Shown in pieces: positions 9,063-19,183 of a DNA stretch of 64,000 bases. The notes under the pieces were generated by a model that was given only the letters and a program-made list of their open reading frames with translations, did no database searches and was not told the origin of the DNA. Origin of the DNA: Longimicrobiales bacterium (GTDB taxonomy: Bacteria; Gemmatimonadota; Gemmatimonadetes; Longimicrobiales; Gaopeijiaceae). The stretch covers positions 288,001 to 352,000 of the forward strand of contig CBDFIQ010000002.1 of NCBI GenBank assembly GCA_965248195.1, written 5' to 3'. The stretch's first letter is position 1. Every line of letters starts with the position of its first letter. Position numbers and translations under genes: made by a program.

Positions 9063-10438
9063 GGTCAAGTCCCGATTTGTGTGTAAAAGCGGAGGAAGCT
9101 CCTCGCCTTCGGCTAGGCTGCTTGGGCGACCTCCTGTTTCTGGAGGAGTGAGAGGTCGAGGTAACGCCGGTCGCCCCAGACGTGTGTGGTCCTGAGTGCG
9201 ACGGCCGTGATGAGCCTGAGGGCGCTGGCCCGGTCCGGGAAGGCGCCGGCGGCCTTGATCCTGCGTTTGATCTCGCCGTGCAGCCGCTCGAGGCTGTTGG
9301 TGGTACGCAGCCGGGGCCAGTGCGCCTCGGGGAACGCGTAGAACTGCGTCGCTGCCCCGAAGCCCCGCTCCAGGACCTCCACGGCCTCGGGCAGCTCCTT
9401 CTTCCAGCGTGCGCCGAACTCGCCCAGGAGCTTCTTCGCCTCGGCGAGTCCGGATGTCTGGAAGATCACCGAGACCTCACGCGCCACGCGCTTGCGTAGG
9501 CGGTGGGGGACCCTCGCCCCCACATTACGCTGCAGATGGACCGTACACCTCTGACGGCGTGCCTCGGGCAGGAAGCGGCGGACCGCAGCTGCCAGGCCTG
9601 CGTGCTCATCGGCGATCACGAGCTCGACACCGCCGAGGCCGCGGTCCTGGAGTTGCTCGAGGAGCTCCGACCAGCTCTGCTGCGACTCCTCAGCGCCCAG
9701 CGTGACGGCCAGGAGCCGTCGGTGACCCTCAGGGCCCACTGCATACGCCACGAGCGCACTCACGTTCTCGACTTTGCGGGCCCAGCGGGCGTCCAAGAAC
9801 GTGGCGTCCAGGTACAGATAGGGGTGAGGCCCCTCGATCGGCGCACGGCGCAGCCCTTCCACGGCCTCGTCGAGCCGTTTTGCCACACGACTCACCGTCG
9901 AGCGCCCAACACGCTCGCCCATCAGCGCCTCGGTGACGTCGCCCATCTTGCGCTGTGACACGCCGCTCACATACGCCTCGACCATCATCTCGTCGAGCTC
10001 GGGGCTCCTGCGCTGGTAGCGGCCGATCACGTCGGCCGGCGAACCGTTGTCCCGGCTCCGGGGCATGGCGACCTCGATCTGCCCCAGGCTCGTCAGCAGC
10101 CGCCTCAGGTATGTGCCGTTCCTATGGTCCTTCCGGCTTCCCACCCGCTCGAAGCGGCGTGCACCTACCATGGCCTTCAGCTCCTCTTCCAGCACCATCT
10201 CGAGCGTCAGCCGGATCGCGCCTTGAAACAGCTCGCGCAAATCATCGCGTAGCTCGTCTTGCGTGGCCCGACCGATCTCCACAATCTCTTGCATCGGAAG
10301 CTCCTCTCCGGTTCCGAGCCTGCTCTGCAGACCCGGACTCCCGGGTTCATGTGACAGTGAACAACAACAGAGGAGCTTCCGTTTTTCTTTCCCTCCTGTC
10401 CAGCTTATCCGCTTTTACACAAATCTAGGGACACTACC
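9063..10438 (-). mobile_element. IS256-family insertion sequence, copy 1 (1376 bp)
   Basis: Imperfect 31-bp terminal IRs: GGTCAAGTCCCGATTTGTGTGTAAAAGCGGA versus rev-comp GGTAGTGTCCCTAGATTTGTGTAAAAGCGGA (24/31). Ends are defined by identity with copy 2. Confidence 0.95.
9113..10294 (-). CDS. IS256-family (Mutator-type) DDE transposase
   Basis: RNG...PR.R, YLYLDA, GAEES...W, LVIADEH.GL, QRCTVH, RTTNSLERLHGEIKRR. Confidence 0.95.
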   Translation of the reverse strand: MQEIVEIGRATQDELRDDLRELFQGAIRLTLEMVLEEELKAMVGARRFERVGSRKDHRNGTYLRRLLTSLGQIEVAMPRSRDNGSPADVIGRYQRRSPELDEMMVEAYVSGVSQRKMGDVTEALMGERVGRSTVSRVAKRLDEAVEGLRRAPIEGPHPYLYLDATFLDARWARKVENVSALVAYAVGPEGHRRLLAVTLGAEESQQSWSELLEQLQDRGLGGVELVIADEHAGLAAAVRRFLPEARRQRCTVHLQRNVGARVPHRLRKRVAREVSVIFQTSGLAEAKKLLGEFGARWKKELPEAVEVLERGFGAATQFYAFPEAHWPRLRTTNSLERLHGEIKRRIKAAGAFPDRASALRLITAVALRTTHVWGDRRYLDLSLLQKQEVAQAA

Positions 10439-11947
10439 GGTGGCGTCGACACGATGGTCGATTCGGGCATCACCGTAGACTCGTGGTTTGATCGTGGCGA
10501 GAAAACTCATCTGAGTTCGTCGCAGCTAAACCCGAACAGTCAGTTTTCTCAGTACGACAGTGTGGCAACGAACGAGACCCGCTTGATGCCCGGTGCCACA
10601 ATCGATCTCGATCCTGACGTGACGATGGCTGTTGTTGCGTCGAACGGTCACGTGCGAGGGGCCGTGGGGCACTACGAGGTCGATGGACCCAGTCACAATG
10701 AGAACTTCTACTCTATCGCGCTTCTGATCAGCTACGAGGGGTTCAACTACTTCGTGGGTGGTGACCTTACCTCTGACATAGAAGAGCGGATCGTCGAGCA
10801 GGCAGCCCTCGGCGACATTGATGTCTACAAGGTGAGCCACCACGGGTCGGCCACTTCTTCGACAGCGGCGTTGCTAGAGTTGATCCGACCGGAGGTAGCC
10901 ATCATCTCGAACGGCTCGGAGAGCTGCTTCAATCATCCGAGGCAGTCGGTCCTAGACACCCTTGGTGCGATTCCGGGCATCGTGATCTTTCAAACGAACC
11001 GGCTCAAGGATGAACACCTCGACCAGTGCCAGAGCGGGGCCATCGTCAGCGGGAATGTGGCCGACGCGAATATTGCTGATCCTGAGACCGACGAGGTTGA
11101 TGGTCACGTCACGATAGTGGTGAGCGACGGGAACTACGTTGTGAGCTTGCCTGCAAGGGGAACGTCGCGGACTTTTTCGATCAACGGCACCCTCCCGACT
11201 GGACGGGTTCCCGAAAACGCCTGCGACGCCGATGCGAGACTGGAGCCGGTCAGGGCATTGGAGTGCCACTTCGCCAGGAATCTCCTGAGGCGTTTTCCTT
11301 TTCACGGTCGGTTTGGTCCTCAAACGAGGGACGCTGCCCCTGACGATGTACGCCAGCTCCTAACGCTACTGGATCGAGTTGAACCTGATGTGGCGCTGCC
11401 GACAACCTCCGGCCTTACCGAGGCGCTCTATCGGGCCAAGCCAGCACTAGAGACCCTTCTCGGAGATGAGCGCTCGCGGTTAACCTTCCGGATCACCGAA
11501 AGTCGTCACGCAACCGAAATCGCGGAATGGTCGGTGGTCAGCGGATGGAATGGCTCAAGTTCGAGCGAACGCCGCTTGCTCGAAACCGTCTGGCGGGTGG
11601 GAGACCGCTTAACGGTAAGCCTCACCCTCGCGCACTCCTCTCGATTCCGATTCCTGCCAAGGGAGGAGGGCCTTTCAATGGTCGATGGAGAAGGCCGAGT
11701 ATTGTCGTTCGAGTTCCTTGGCGCCTGGGGTTTGTGGCGTCTACTCGACCGACATGGCTTGAGCGACGAGCCGTCAAGTAACAGCACGGTGACGGTGCGT
11801 CTTGATTTCGACTTGGTGGATTTGTCTGAAGTCGAACCGGGCGTATCGGAGGCGTCCTGGGTCGTCCTTGAAGTGGAGGTGCTTGGTGCCGGTGGCGGCC
11901 AGGCGTTCGACCTGCGCCTGCCGTCCGCTGTGGGATGGAGCCGATAG
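10439..11947 (+). pseudogene. N-terminally truncated ComEC/Rec2-type MBL-fold hydrolase fused to a TssM/IcmF C-terminal-like domain
   Basis: Frame opens at the IS end (GGVDTMVD). NEN.SIALL, GGDL, KVSHHGS.TSS, PEVAIISNG and HP motifs are present, but HxHxDH is absent. C-terminal half has NLLRRFPF and GAWGLWRLL. Confidence 0.7.
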
Positions 11948-12066
11948 TACACTCTAGATTCTCTGCCCCAAAACAAGCGATTGCTACTGTCGGCGTCCAA
12001 CATCAACTCCCTCCACCCCCATTTGGTGCGTGAATGCTTTGACGGGTCCGAGCCAGCGCATCGAGA

Positions 12067-12357
12067 ATGTTTCCTTCACCCAATGATCCCACGAAACCCA
12101 TGACGCGCCACCTCGCCGACAAGTGGCTCAGGAAGGCGGAGAACCTTGCGGGGATTGAATCACAGAAGGGCTCACTCTGGCACGCAGACCGTCGAAAGTG
12201 GGCCACCGAACGGAAGCACCTATCTGACACCGATGTGGCTGCAGCCGGAGGCTGGACGAACTCACTCACGCTCAGGAAGGTCTACCAACAATCCGATGCT
12301 GAGACTATTCTACAGGTCGCTCTCAGCGGCGGTGAGTTGAGAGAAAAGCAGGGATGA
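12067..12357 (+). pseudogene. Tyrosine recombinase/integrase C-terminal remnant
   Basis: FPSP...WLRKAE.LAG...WHADRRKWAT...VAAAGGW...VYQQ (HxxR box and catalytic Tyr). The N-terminal part is missing. Confidence 0.75.
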
Positions 12358-12453
12358 GCCAACCCGTTCCTGCGCAAAACATTGCACAGCACTGCCTGTC
12401 GCTGAACGTGGCGGTGTGAGAATGACGCGCAGTTATGCGACGAAGTGACACAT

Positions 12454-12526
12454 TGGGGCGTAGCTCAATTGGCAGAGCGCCTGGCTGTTAACCAGGAGGT
12501 TGGTGGTTCGAGTCCACCCGCCCCAG
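12454..12526 (+). tRNA. tRNA-Asn (GTT), CCA not encoded
   Basis: Acceptor TGGGGCG/CGCCCCA plus discriminator G; D-arm GCTC/GAGC; anticodon arm CCTGG-CTGTTAA-CCAGG; T-arm GGTGG-TTCGAGT-CCACC. Confidence 0.97.
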
Positions 12527-12958
12527 TAGAAGTTCCGGAAAACCGCTTCCTTCCTAGCGGCCTGCAAGCGGGATATGGCGCGCCTCGAGCGAGCCTACCG
12601 GACGCTGTTCGAGGAGTGGAAACGCAGAGAAGCGAACTCGACAGGCAATAGCGGCCCGTGAAGCATGTCGGGGAGCGAAGCGCACGAGCCCGATGGCTAC
12701 CGCGACAGGCGAGGAGCCGAGCGGGAAACGCCGGATCGAGGACAAGACCAAACTCAAGAGTAGCTCTGATTCTGCCTCTGACGGGCTTCTGCTTGCGCCT
12801 ACCGGCCCTCTTTCGGATGTTGAACGCGGATCTGATCCCGGAGTGCGCCTATGTCCGATGCAGTCGCTTGTCTGTGGTGGTTCAGACGGGGTAGCCTAAC
12901 CGGGGGACACATGTTAAACTCGGAATGTAAATGCTAGGCAGAGACTGTTCGCCACGCC

Positions 12959-14334
12959 GGTCAAGTCCCGATTTGTGTGTAAAAGCGGAGGAAGCTCCTC
13001 GCCTTCGGCTAGGCTGCTTGGGCGACCTCCTGTTTCTGGAGGAGTGAGAGGTCGAGGTAACGCCGGTCGCCCCAGACGTGTGTGGTCCTGAGTGCGACGG
13101 CCGTGATGAGCCTGAGGGCGCTGGCCCGGTCCGGGAAGGCGCCGGCGGCCTTGATCCTGCGTTTGATCTCGCCGTGCAGCCGCTCGAGGCTGTTGGTGGT
13201 ACGCAGCCGGGGCCAGTGCGCCTCGGGGAACGCGTAGAACTGCGTCGCTGCCCCGAAGCCCCGCTCCAGGACCTCCACGGCCTCGGGCAGCTCCTTCTTC
13301 CAGCGTGCGCCGAACTCGCCCAGGAGCTTCTTCGCCTCGGCGAGTCCGGATGTCTGGAAGATCACCGAGACCTCACGCGCCACGCGCTTGCGTAGGCGGT
13401 GGGGGACCCTCGCCCCCACATTACGCTGCAGATGGACCGTACACCTCTGACGGCGTGCCTCGGGCAGGAAGCGGCGGACCGCAGCTGCCAGGCCTGCGTG
13501 CTCATCGGCGATCACGAGCTCGACACCGCCGAGGCCGCGGTCCTGGAGTTGCTCGAGGAGCTCCGACCAGCTCTGCTGCGACTCCTCAGCGCCCAGCGTG
13601 ACGGCCAGGAGCCGTCGGTGACCCTCAGGGCCCACTGCATACGCCACGAGCGCACTCACGTTCTCGACTTTGCGGGCCCAGCGGGCGTCCAAGAACGTGG
13701 CGTCCAGGTACAGATAGGGGTGAGGCCCCTCGATCGGCGCACGGCGCAGCCCTTCCACGGCCTCGTCGAGCCGTTTTGCCACACGACTCACCGTCGAGCG
13801 CCCAACACGCTCGCCCATCAGCGCCTCGGTGACGTCGCCCATCTTGCGCTGTGACACGCCGCTCACATACGCCTCGACCATCATCTCGTCGAGCTCGGGG
13901 CTCCTGCGCTGGTAGCGGCCGATCACGTCGGCCGGCGAACCGTTGTCCCGGCTCCGGGGCATGGCGACCTCGATCTGCCCCAGGCTCGTCAGCAGCCGCC
14001 TCAGGTATGTGCCGTTCCTATGGTCCTTCCGGCTTCCCACCCGCTCGAAGCGGCGTGCACCTACCATGGCCTTCAGCTCCTCTTCCAGCACCATCTCGAG
14101 CGTCAGCCGGATCGCGCCTTGAAACAGCTCGCGCAAATCATCGCGTAGCTCGTCTTGCGTGGCCCGACCGATCTCCACAATCTCTTGCATCGGAAGCTCC
14201 TCTCCGGTTCCGAGCCTGCTCTGCAGACCCGGACTCCCGGGTTCATGTGACAGTGAACAACAACAGAGGAGCTTCCGTTTTTCTTTCCCTCCTGTCCGGC
14301 TTATCCGCTTTTACACAAATCTAGGGACACTACC
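12959..14334 (-). mobile_element. IS256-family insertion sequence, copy 2
   Basis: Direct repeat of 9063-10438 (offset 3896). The only difference noticed is A10402 versus G14298. Confidence 0.95.
13009..14190 (-). CDS. IS256-family transposase
   Basis: Translation identical to copy 1. Confidence 0.95.
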   Translation of the reverse strand: MQEIVEIGRATQDELRDDLRELFQGAIRLTLEMVLEEELKAMVGARRFERVGSRKDHRNGTYLRRLLTSLGQIEVAMPRSRDNGSPADVIGRYQRRSPELDEMMVEAYVSGVSQRKMGDVTEALMGERVGRSTVSRVAKRLDEAVEGLRRAPIEGPHPYLYLDATFLDARWARKVENVSALVAYAVGPEGHRRLLAVTLGAEESQQSWSELLEQLQDRGLGGVELVIADEHAGLAAAVRRFLPEARRQRCTVHLQRNVGARVPHRLRKRVAREVSVIFQTSGLAEAKKLLGEFGARWKKELPEAVEVLERGFGAATQFYAFPEAHWPRLRTTNSLERLHGEIKRRIKAAGAFPDRASALRLITAVALRTTHVWGDRRYLDLSLLQKQEVAQAA

Positions 14335-15719
14335 CTAATGTACTCGTTGGCGGCGTGGGCGACCGCGTCCCGGCGTGCCGGCGAAACGACACCGGCGCAG
14401 GGAATGCCCTCCTTGACGAGGTAGTGGGTGTCGGTGGTCCCAATGGCGAAGTTGGCTGGCTCCACGTCGCCGAAGTCGGGGGGCCTTCCGGCCAGCGCCT
14501 CGTAGGCCGACGCGGTCGCTTTGACCACCGGCCAGTCGAAGTCCACCCGGTAGCCTGGCCTCCGGTCTATCTCCCCGATTGTCGCTCTGAAGTCGTTGTC
14601 CTGGGCCGCGAGCCGGTCGAGGATCACCTGTATATCCCTCCAGACGTCGTCGGGGTCGTGGTCCGGCACCAGCCGGGTGTCGAGGAACACCCGACAGAAC
14701 GCCGGCTTTTGGGAGGTCTGGGTCGTGGGCCACCCGCCCTTGACCTGGAGCACCTGATAGAAGGAGGGCCCGTAATACCGGCTCGGGGGATGGTTCGGCG
14801 CCGCCTCGGCGATGGCGGCGATGAACTTGCTGGCTTTGTGGATGGCGTTGACCCCCACGCCGGGCCGGGGAGAGCTCCCTGCGTGGGCGTTCGTGCCATA
14901 GAAGGTGATCATCGCCGACGTCCGCCCGGGCACCGTCGCGCGGATCCGCGAGCCCGTCCCCGCGCCCTCGGAGAAGGCGCCCGAGACCTCCTTGTGAAGA
15001 CCGGACTTGATGAACTGCTTGATGCCCAGCATGTAGCCCTCTTCGTCGGCCACCAGCCCGATCAGCAGGTCGCCGGGCAGCTCCACCCCCGCCTCCTTGA
15101 TGGCTTTCGCGGCCATGATCTTGGCCACGCAGCCTGACTTGTTGTCGGAGGCCCCAAGCCCATAGACGCGGCCGTCCCGGATCTCACCCGCGAAGGGATC
15201 CACAAACCAATCGTCCTCGTTGGCCGTGTCGTCGAGGTGGATGCTGTCCAGGTGGGACGTGACCATCAGGGTCGGCCCCTTCGGCGTCCGCCCCGGGAGC
15301 CTGGCGACCAGGTTGGACCGGCCCGGGTGGCCCTCGATTCCCTGGATCATCGCGTCGTCGATCCCCCACTCGCGCAACCTGCCGGCGAAGTACTCGGCTC
15401 CCGCCTGCTCGTTGGACATGGCCGTCGGGATGCGCACGAAGTCCTGGAGGACGGAAACCACCTCGTCCTCCCTGATCAGGTCGAGAACCTCCTGTTCCTC
15501 TGGGGTCAACTGGGCGGGGGGAACTTGTCGAGGGCGCGAGCCGGAGGTCGCGGCAGCCGGCTCATCGGAGATGTTTCCGTCCGGGGAAGTCCGGGGACCG
15601 GCGACAAGTCCGGCGGTCATGAACGACCCGCCGATGACCGACGCTCCTTTGAGGAAATCCCTTCGATCCAAGCCCTCGGTGCTTTGCCCGGTATTGGGAT
15701 TCGCAGTGGAAGTATCCAT
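14301..15719 (-). CDS. Tat-exported M20 family (ArgE/DapE-like) metallopeptidase; C-terminus replaced by IS sequence
   Basis: DRRDFLKG Tat motif; SHLD, GASDNKSG, ADEE and AHAANE motifs. After HAANEYIR the frame enters the IS end and stops at 14301. Confidence 0.85.
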   Translation of the reverse strand: MDTSTANPNTGQSTEGLDRRDFLKGASVIGGSFMTAGLVAGPRTSPDGNISDEPAAATSGSRPRQVPPAQLTPEEQEVLDLIREDEVVSVLQDFVRIPTAMSNEQAGAEYFAGRLREWGIDDAMIQGIEGHPGRSNLVARLPGRTPKGPTLMVTSHLDSIHLDDTANEDDWFVDPFAGEIRDGRVYGLGASDNKSGCVAKIMAAKAIKEAGVELPGDLLIGLVADEEGYMLGIKQFIKSGLHKEVSGAFSEGAGTGSRIRATVPGRTSAMITFYGTNAHAGSSPRPGVGVNAIHKASKFIAAIAEAAPNHPPSRYYGPSFYQVLQVKGGWPTTQTSQKPAFCRVFLDTRLVPDHDPDDVWRDIQVILDRLAAQDNDFRATIGEIDRRPGYRVDFDWPVVKATASAYEALAGRPPDFGDVEPANFAIGTTDTHYLVKEGIPCAGVVSPARRDAVAHAANEYIRVVSLDLCKSG

Positions 15720-15910
15720 GATCACGCCTCTCTCTTTTTGTCTACCTCGCCCGCTACCTACTTGGTTGTTGCGGTTCCAGGTCGATTTAGGACGCGCGCA
15801 CGGAGCGTCGGCGGTCTCGTCGTCCGGTGGGCGCCCTGAGGGGGGCGTCTACTCCGGCGACGGGCCAGCGTGGGTCACCAGCAAGAGGCCAGACTCTTCA
15901 TCCAGGCGAC

Positions 15911-16744
15911 TCACCTCAGTTTCGAAACGACGACCTCCCGAGTGCTCCGTAGAATCGAGTACAGCGTTCCCGGCTCGCTCCGATCCCAGGCGATACCCTG
16001 CCCCTCGGCCGTCACCGGGAGGACTTCCTGGAGGCCGAGGACCGACCCGGCTTTGGGCAGCGACAGCACGAACACCGCACCGTCGTCATGACCGGTGGCG
16101 TAGAGCCGTCCATCCTCTCCCCAGGTGCCGCCCGAGTTGCTCATCTGCTCGAATCGCTCAACCACCGCACGCGGATAGACGTATCCGGCGACCCGACGCC
16201 AGCGCTCGTCGAACTTCACCAAGTTCGTCCATGCCGGTCCCTGATCGGGGACCCCGCCGACACCAGCGTAGTGGCCGAAGGCCACCCACCAGTGCCCATC
16301 CGCGCGGTCGACCCAGGTGGCAGAGCCACCGAGGATGCCGAAGCTGTGGGATTCCACGTGCTCGAGGGTGGCGGTCTCGAACACCTCGATCGAGCTCACC
16401 ATAGGGACACCGGGGTAGTTGGAATGGGCGCAGTACAGACGGCCGTCGAGAACGATGCCGCTGTCCAGATGGATGATCGGTCCGTCCGGTGCCCCTTCCC
16501 AGCCGCCGACCCGCTCACCGCTCTGCTTGTCGTACTTTCCGATTTGTCGATTCGAGATGGCATAGAAGTGCCGATCATCAACGGCGACACCCTGCCTCGC
16601 CTCCTCAGCGCTGAACCGCCTGACCTCCTCGAAACGCCGAGACTGATCTTGCGCCTGCGCGGCGGGCGCTACCAGGAGACCGAGCGCGAGCACGAACAGT
16701 GCACGGTCGGCGTGCTCGATTGACCCGAGTCTAGCCATCGTCAT
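15911..16744 (-). CDS. Secreted hypothetical protein (beta-propeller-like)
   Basis: Signal peptide (LALGLLVAPAAQA); ARQGVAVD, HLDSG, AHSNYP, SNSGG, TGHD and GQGIAWD motifs; coding-like composition. Confidence 0.65.
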   Translation of the reverse strand: MTMARLGSIEHADRALFVLALGLLVAPAAQAQDQSRRFEEVRRFSAEEARQGVAVDDRHFYAISNRQIGKYDKQSGERVGGWEGAPDGPIIHLDSGIVLDGRLYCAHSNYPGVPMVSSIEVFETATLEHVESHSFGILGGSATWVDRADGHWWVAFGHYAGVGGVPDQGPAWTNLVKFDERWRRVAGYVYPRAVVERFEQMSNSGGTWGEDGRLYATGHDDGAVFVLSLPKAGSVLGLQEVLPVTAEGQGIAWDRSEPGTLYSILRSTREVVVSKLR

Positions 16745-16769
16745 GTCATTCCCGTCATGTGCGGGGCCG

Positions 16770-17993
16770 TCATGCGCGGGGCACCCGCGTGCCGCCGAGC
16801 ACGGTCTCGCTCGGGAAGAGTCTTTGGCGGCCGGTCCGCGTGTTCCCGTAGTTGTCGACGAATTCGAACGTGCCTTCTCGCAGTTCGAGCACCGCCACGT
16901 CGGCCGGCGCACCCACGTTGAGCGTGCCACGATCATGGAACAGCGGGAATATACGCGAGGCATTGAGGGTCGCGCGGGCGACGACCTGATCCAACGTCAT
17001 CCCGAAGTTCAGGAACTTGGACATAACGTTGGGGAAATCGATGACACTTTCCGCGGTCGGGCTCGTCGTGCTCCCGTCGGTGGAGATCGTATCTGGCCAA
17101 AAACCCGCCTGGATGATCCGGTCGAAGGTGCCCCAACCCAGATGCCCCGTCCGTCTGTTGGCGACGTCGAACCACACGCCGCGGCGGCGCGCGGCAAGCA
17201 CCGCCGGCAGGATATGATCGTCGGCGGCGATGATGCTGTTCGGCGGCGGCGCAAACATGTGGGTGACGATGTCGCCCCGCTTGAGCTGGCCGAACAGCCT
17301 GGGCAGTGCCGAGGCAGTTTGGCCCATGTGGATCATCACTGGCAGGTCGAAGGACGTGGCCACCTCCTGCGCGCGGCGCAACACCTCGACGTCGTCGGCA
17401 GCGACCCCCCTCGTGAGTCGCGCCTTGACGCCCACGACGACGTCGCGGTTGCGCGCGATGGCCTCCTGCGCCGCAACGACATCGGCCAGGCGCAGGTCCA
17501 TCGTGTCGCCACCGGGCAGGATACCGGCACGCCCGATGTTGATGAGCATGCGCCCCGGCTGCGGCGCGGACCTCGCAATGGCCACCATGTCGTCGATCTG
17601 ATCCGCGCCCGCTGATCCGGCATCGACCCATCCGGTCACACCCCCGGCCAGGCCCACCAAAGGGCCTTCTTCCTCTCGGGCATAGTGTGTATGGATGTCG
17701 AGCAGTCCTGGGACGACGACCTTCCCCGTCGCATCGATGACCTCCGCGGCATCGCCCGAGATGTCGGCCTCGACCGCTGCGATCCGGCCGTCCGTGATCG
17801 CCACGTCGCGGATTGCGTTGACCCGCAGTGAGGGGTCAATGACGCGCCCGCCCTTGACGATCAGGTCATAGTCGGCCGCGAGCAGCTCTGAGCCACGGGC
17901 TAACGCCCCGGCGCCTAGGGAGCCTACGGAGCCTAGGGCGCCTACAGCGCCGGCTGCGGCGGTTGCGGAGACGAACTGGCGCCGGTTCATCAT
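16770..17993 (-). CDS. Tat-exported amidohydrolase/deacetylase (dihydroorotase-like)
   Basis: MNRRQFV Tat signal; GGRVIDP, PGLLDIHTH, DAGSAG, GVKAR, MIH, THMF, TISTD, GAPADVAV. Confidence 0.88.
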   Translation of the reverse strand: MMNRRQFVSATAAAGAVGALGSVGSLGAGALARGSELLAADYDLIVKGGRVIDPSLRVNAIRDVAITDGRIAAVEADISGDAAEVIDATGKVVVPGLLDIHTHYAREEEGPLVGLAGGVTGWVDAGSAGADQIDDMVAIARSAPQPGRMLINIGRAGILPGGDTMDLRLADVVAAQEAIARNRDVVVGVKARLTRGVAADDVEVLRRAQEVATSFDLPVMIHMGQTASALPRLFGQLKRGDIVTHMFAPPPNSIIAADDHILPAVLAARRRGVWFDVANRRTGHLGWGTFDRIIQAGFWPDTISTDGSTTSPTAESVIDFPNVMSKFLNFGMTLDQVVARATLNASRIFPLFHDRGTLNVGAPADVAVLELREGTFEFVDNYGNTRTGRQRLFPSETVLGGTRVPRA

Positions 17994-18238
17994 TGTCTGA
18001 AGCCTCGTGTGTCTATAGCCTCGTGAGTCTGTAGCCTCTTGGCTCGGTTTAGAGAGATGCTGTGCGCAGGGCCCCGGCCTGTCAACAGGACGTTGACCGC
18101 GAAATGCCCCTTGGGGCAGGAGCGGGGCTGGTCCTGGTCCCAGCAACGGGCAACTGGACGCTCATTTGTATGTTGCGATGCGCCAGCGACGGATGGCGGA
18201 CGACATGATTCGACTCCTTACTTCCCGGAGGAGCTCTG

Positions 18239-18718
18239 ATGCGCACTCACGTTCTAATGTTGGTTGGTCTAGTGTTGGTTGGCGCCGTCAGCCTCGGTAG
18301 CGCGGCGCCCACGGCGGCCCAGGCGTTCGTTCGTGAGCAGGCGCCGACGGATCGGGCGGCCGACATTCCGGTCCAGGTCCTCGCGAAGGAAATGGACATG
18401 ATGGAGGCCGAGGGGACGTCGACAGTCCGGCTGCTCGAGGGCGGGACGCACAACGTGAACATCCGGCATGACGAGAACATCACGCGGGAGACCTCGGTGG
18501 TGCGATCTCATCCGGAGACGGTCGACGTCTGGGTAGTGCAAAGGGGCTCGGGCGTCCTGGCGACCGGGGGCGAGTTGGTCGACGGCGAGCATGTCGGTGG
18601 AGTCGAGCGGGTGATCGCTGCAGGCGATGTGATCTTCATCCCGGCTGGAACTCTCCACGGCATAAGGGAGACTCAATCGATCACCTGGCTGAACATCCGG
18701 TACGATATGGTTGACTAG
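18239..18718 (+). CDS. Secreted cupin-domain protein
   Basis: Signal peptide; H...DVWVVQRGSG...GDVIFIPAGTLH; GGAGGAG RBS. Confidence 0.8.
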   Translation: MRTHVLMLVGLVLVGAVSLGSAAPTAAQAFVREQAPTDRAADIPVQVLAKEMDMMEAEGTSTVRLLEGGTHNVNIRHDENITRETSVVRSHPETVDVWVVQRGSGVLATGGELVDGEHVGGVERVIAAGDVIFIPAGTLHGIRETQSITWLNIRYDMVD

Positions 18719-18889
18719 CTTACTCGTCCTCGATGGCTCCACGCACATGGGAACTCACTCGTGGATCTTTATCATTCAGTCTCCTAGTGGTATTTTGTAG
18801 GGTACGTAAGAACAACCCCACCCGGCCAATTCCGCCCCGCCTCTTGGCGTCCGAGTTTAGGGGAACACCCCTTGCTTCGGAGGCTTGAT

Positions 18890-19108
18890 ATGAAGAAGGC
18901 TTCTTTTCTCGTAACAGAGAGTATTCCCGGCATTGCCGCGAAAGGCGAAATCATCAAGGTGTCCGACGACGGCATACTCATCGGTCGCTGGCTGTCGCTT
19001 TCGAAGTATCCGCAGCTCATGAAGAATCGCCGTTCTCTTCGCGCCCCTTCGGGAAGTCAATATTCCCCGCCAACTCGTTCGCCGCGTCGTCCTCGGGAAT
19101 GGTGGTAA
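18890..19108 (+). CDS. Small hypothetical protein (72 aa)
   Basis: GGAGG RBS 6 nt before ATG; protein-like N-terminal two-thirds; no recognised family. Confidence 0.35.
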   Translation: MKKASFLVTESIPGIAAKGEIIKVSDDGILIGRWLSLSKYPQLMKNRRSLRAPSGSQYSPPTRSPRRPREWW

Positions 19109-19147
19109 CGAGCTTACGTAGCTCCTCGAACCGCTACCAGGATTGGT

Positions 19148-19183
19148 GCGGTGGAGCTTACCCCTTAGCGGTGGAGCTTACCC
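19148..19183. repeat. 16-bp direct repeat, 2 copies, 20-bp period
   Basis: GCGGTGGAGCTTACCC at 19148-19163 and 19168-19183. Confidence 0.9.

Noticed and set aside
9063..14334. Intact composite transposon insertion
   Set aside because: Outer flanks (CCTCCTGAC / CTAATGTAC) are not duplicated and belong to different genes.
16752..16780. Short duplication CCGTCATG(T/C)GCGGGG
   Set aside because: Two 15-bp units at a gene junction; likely a trivial duplication of the stop region.
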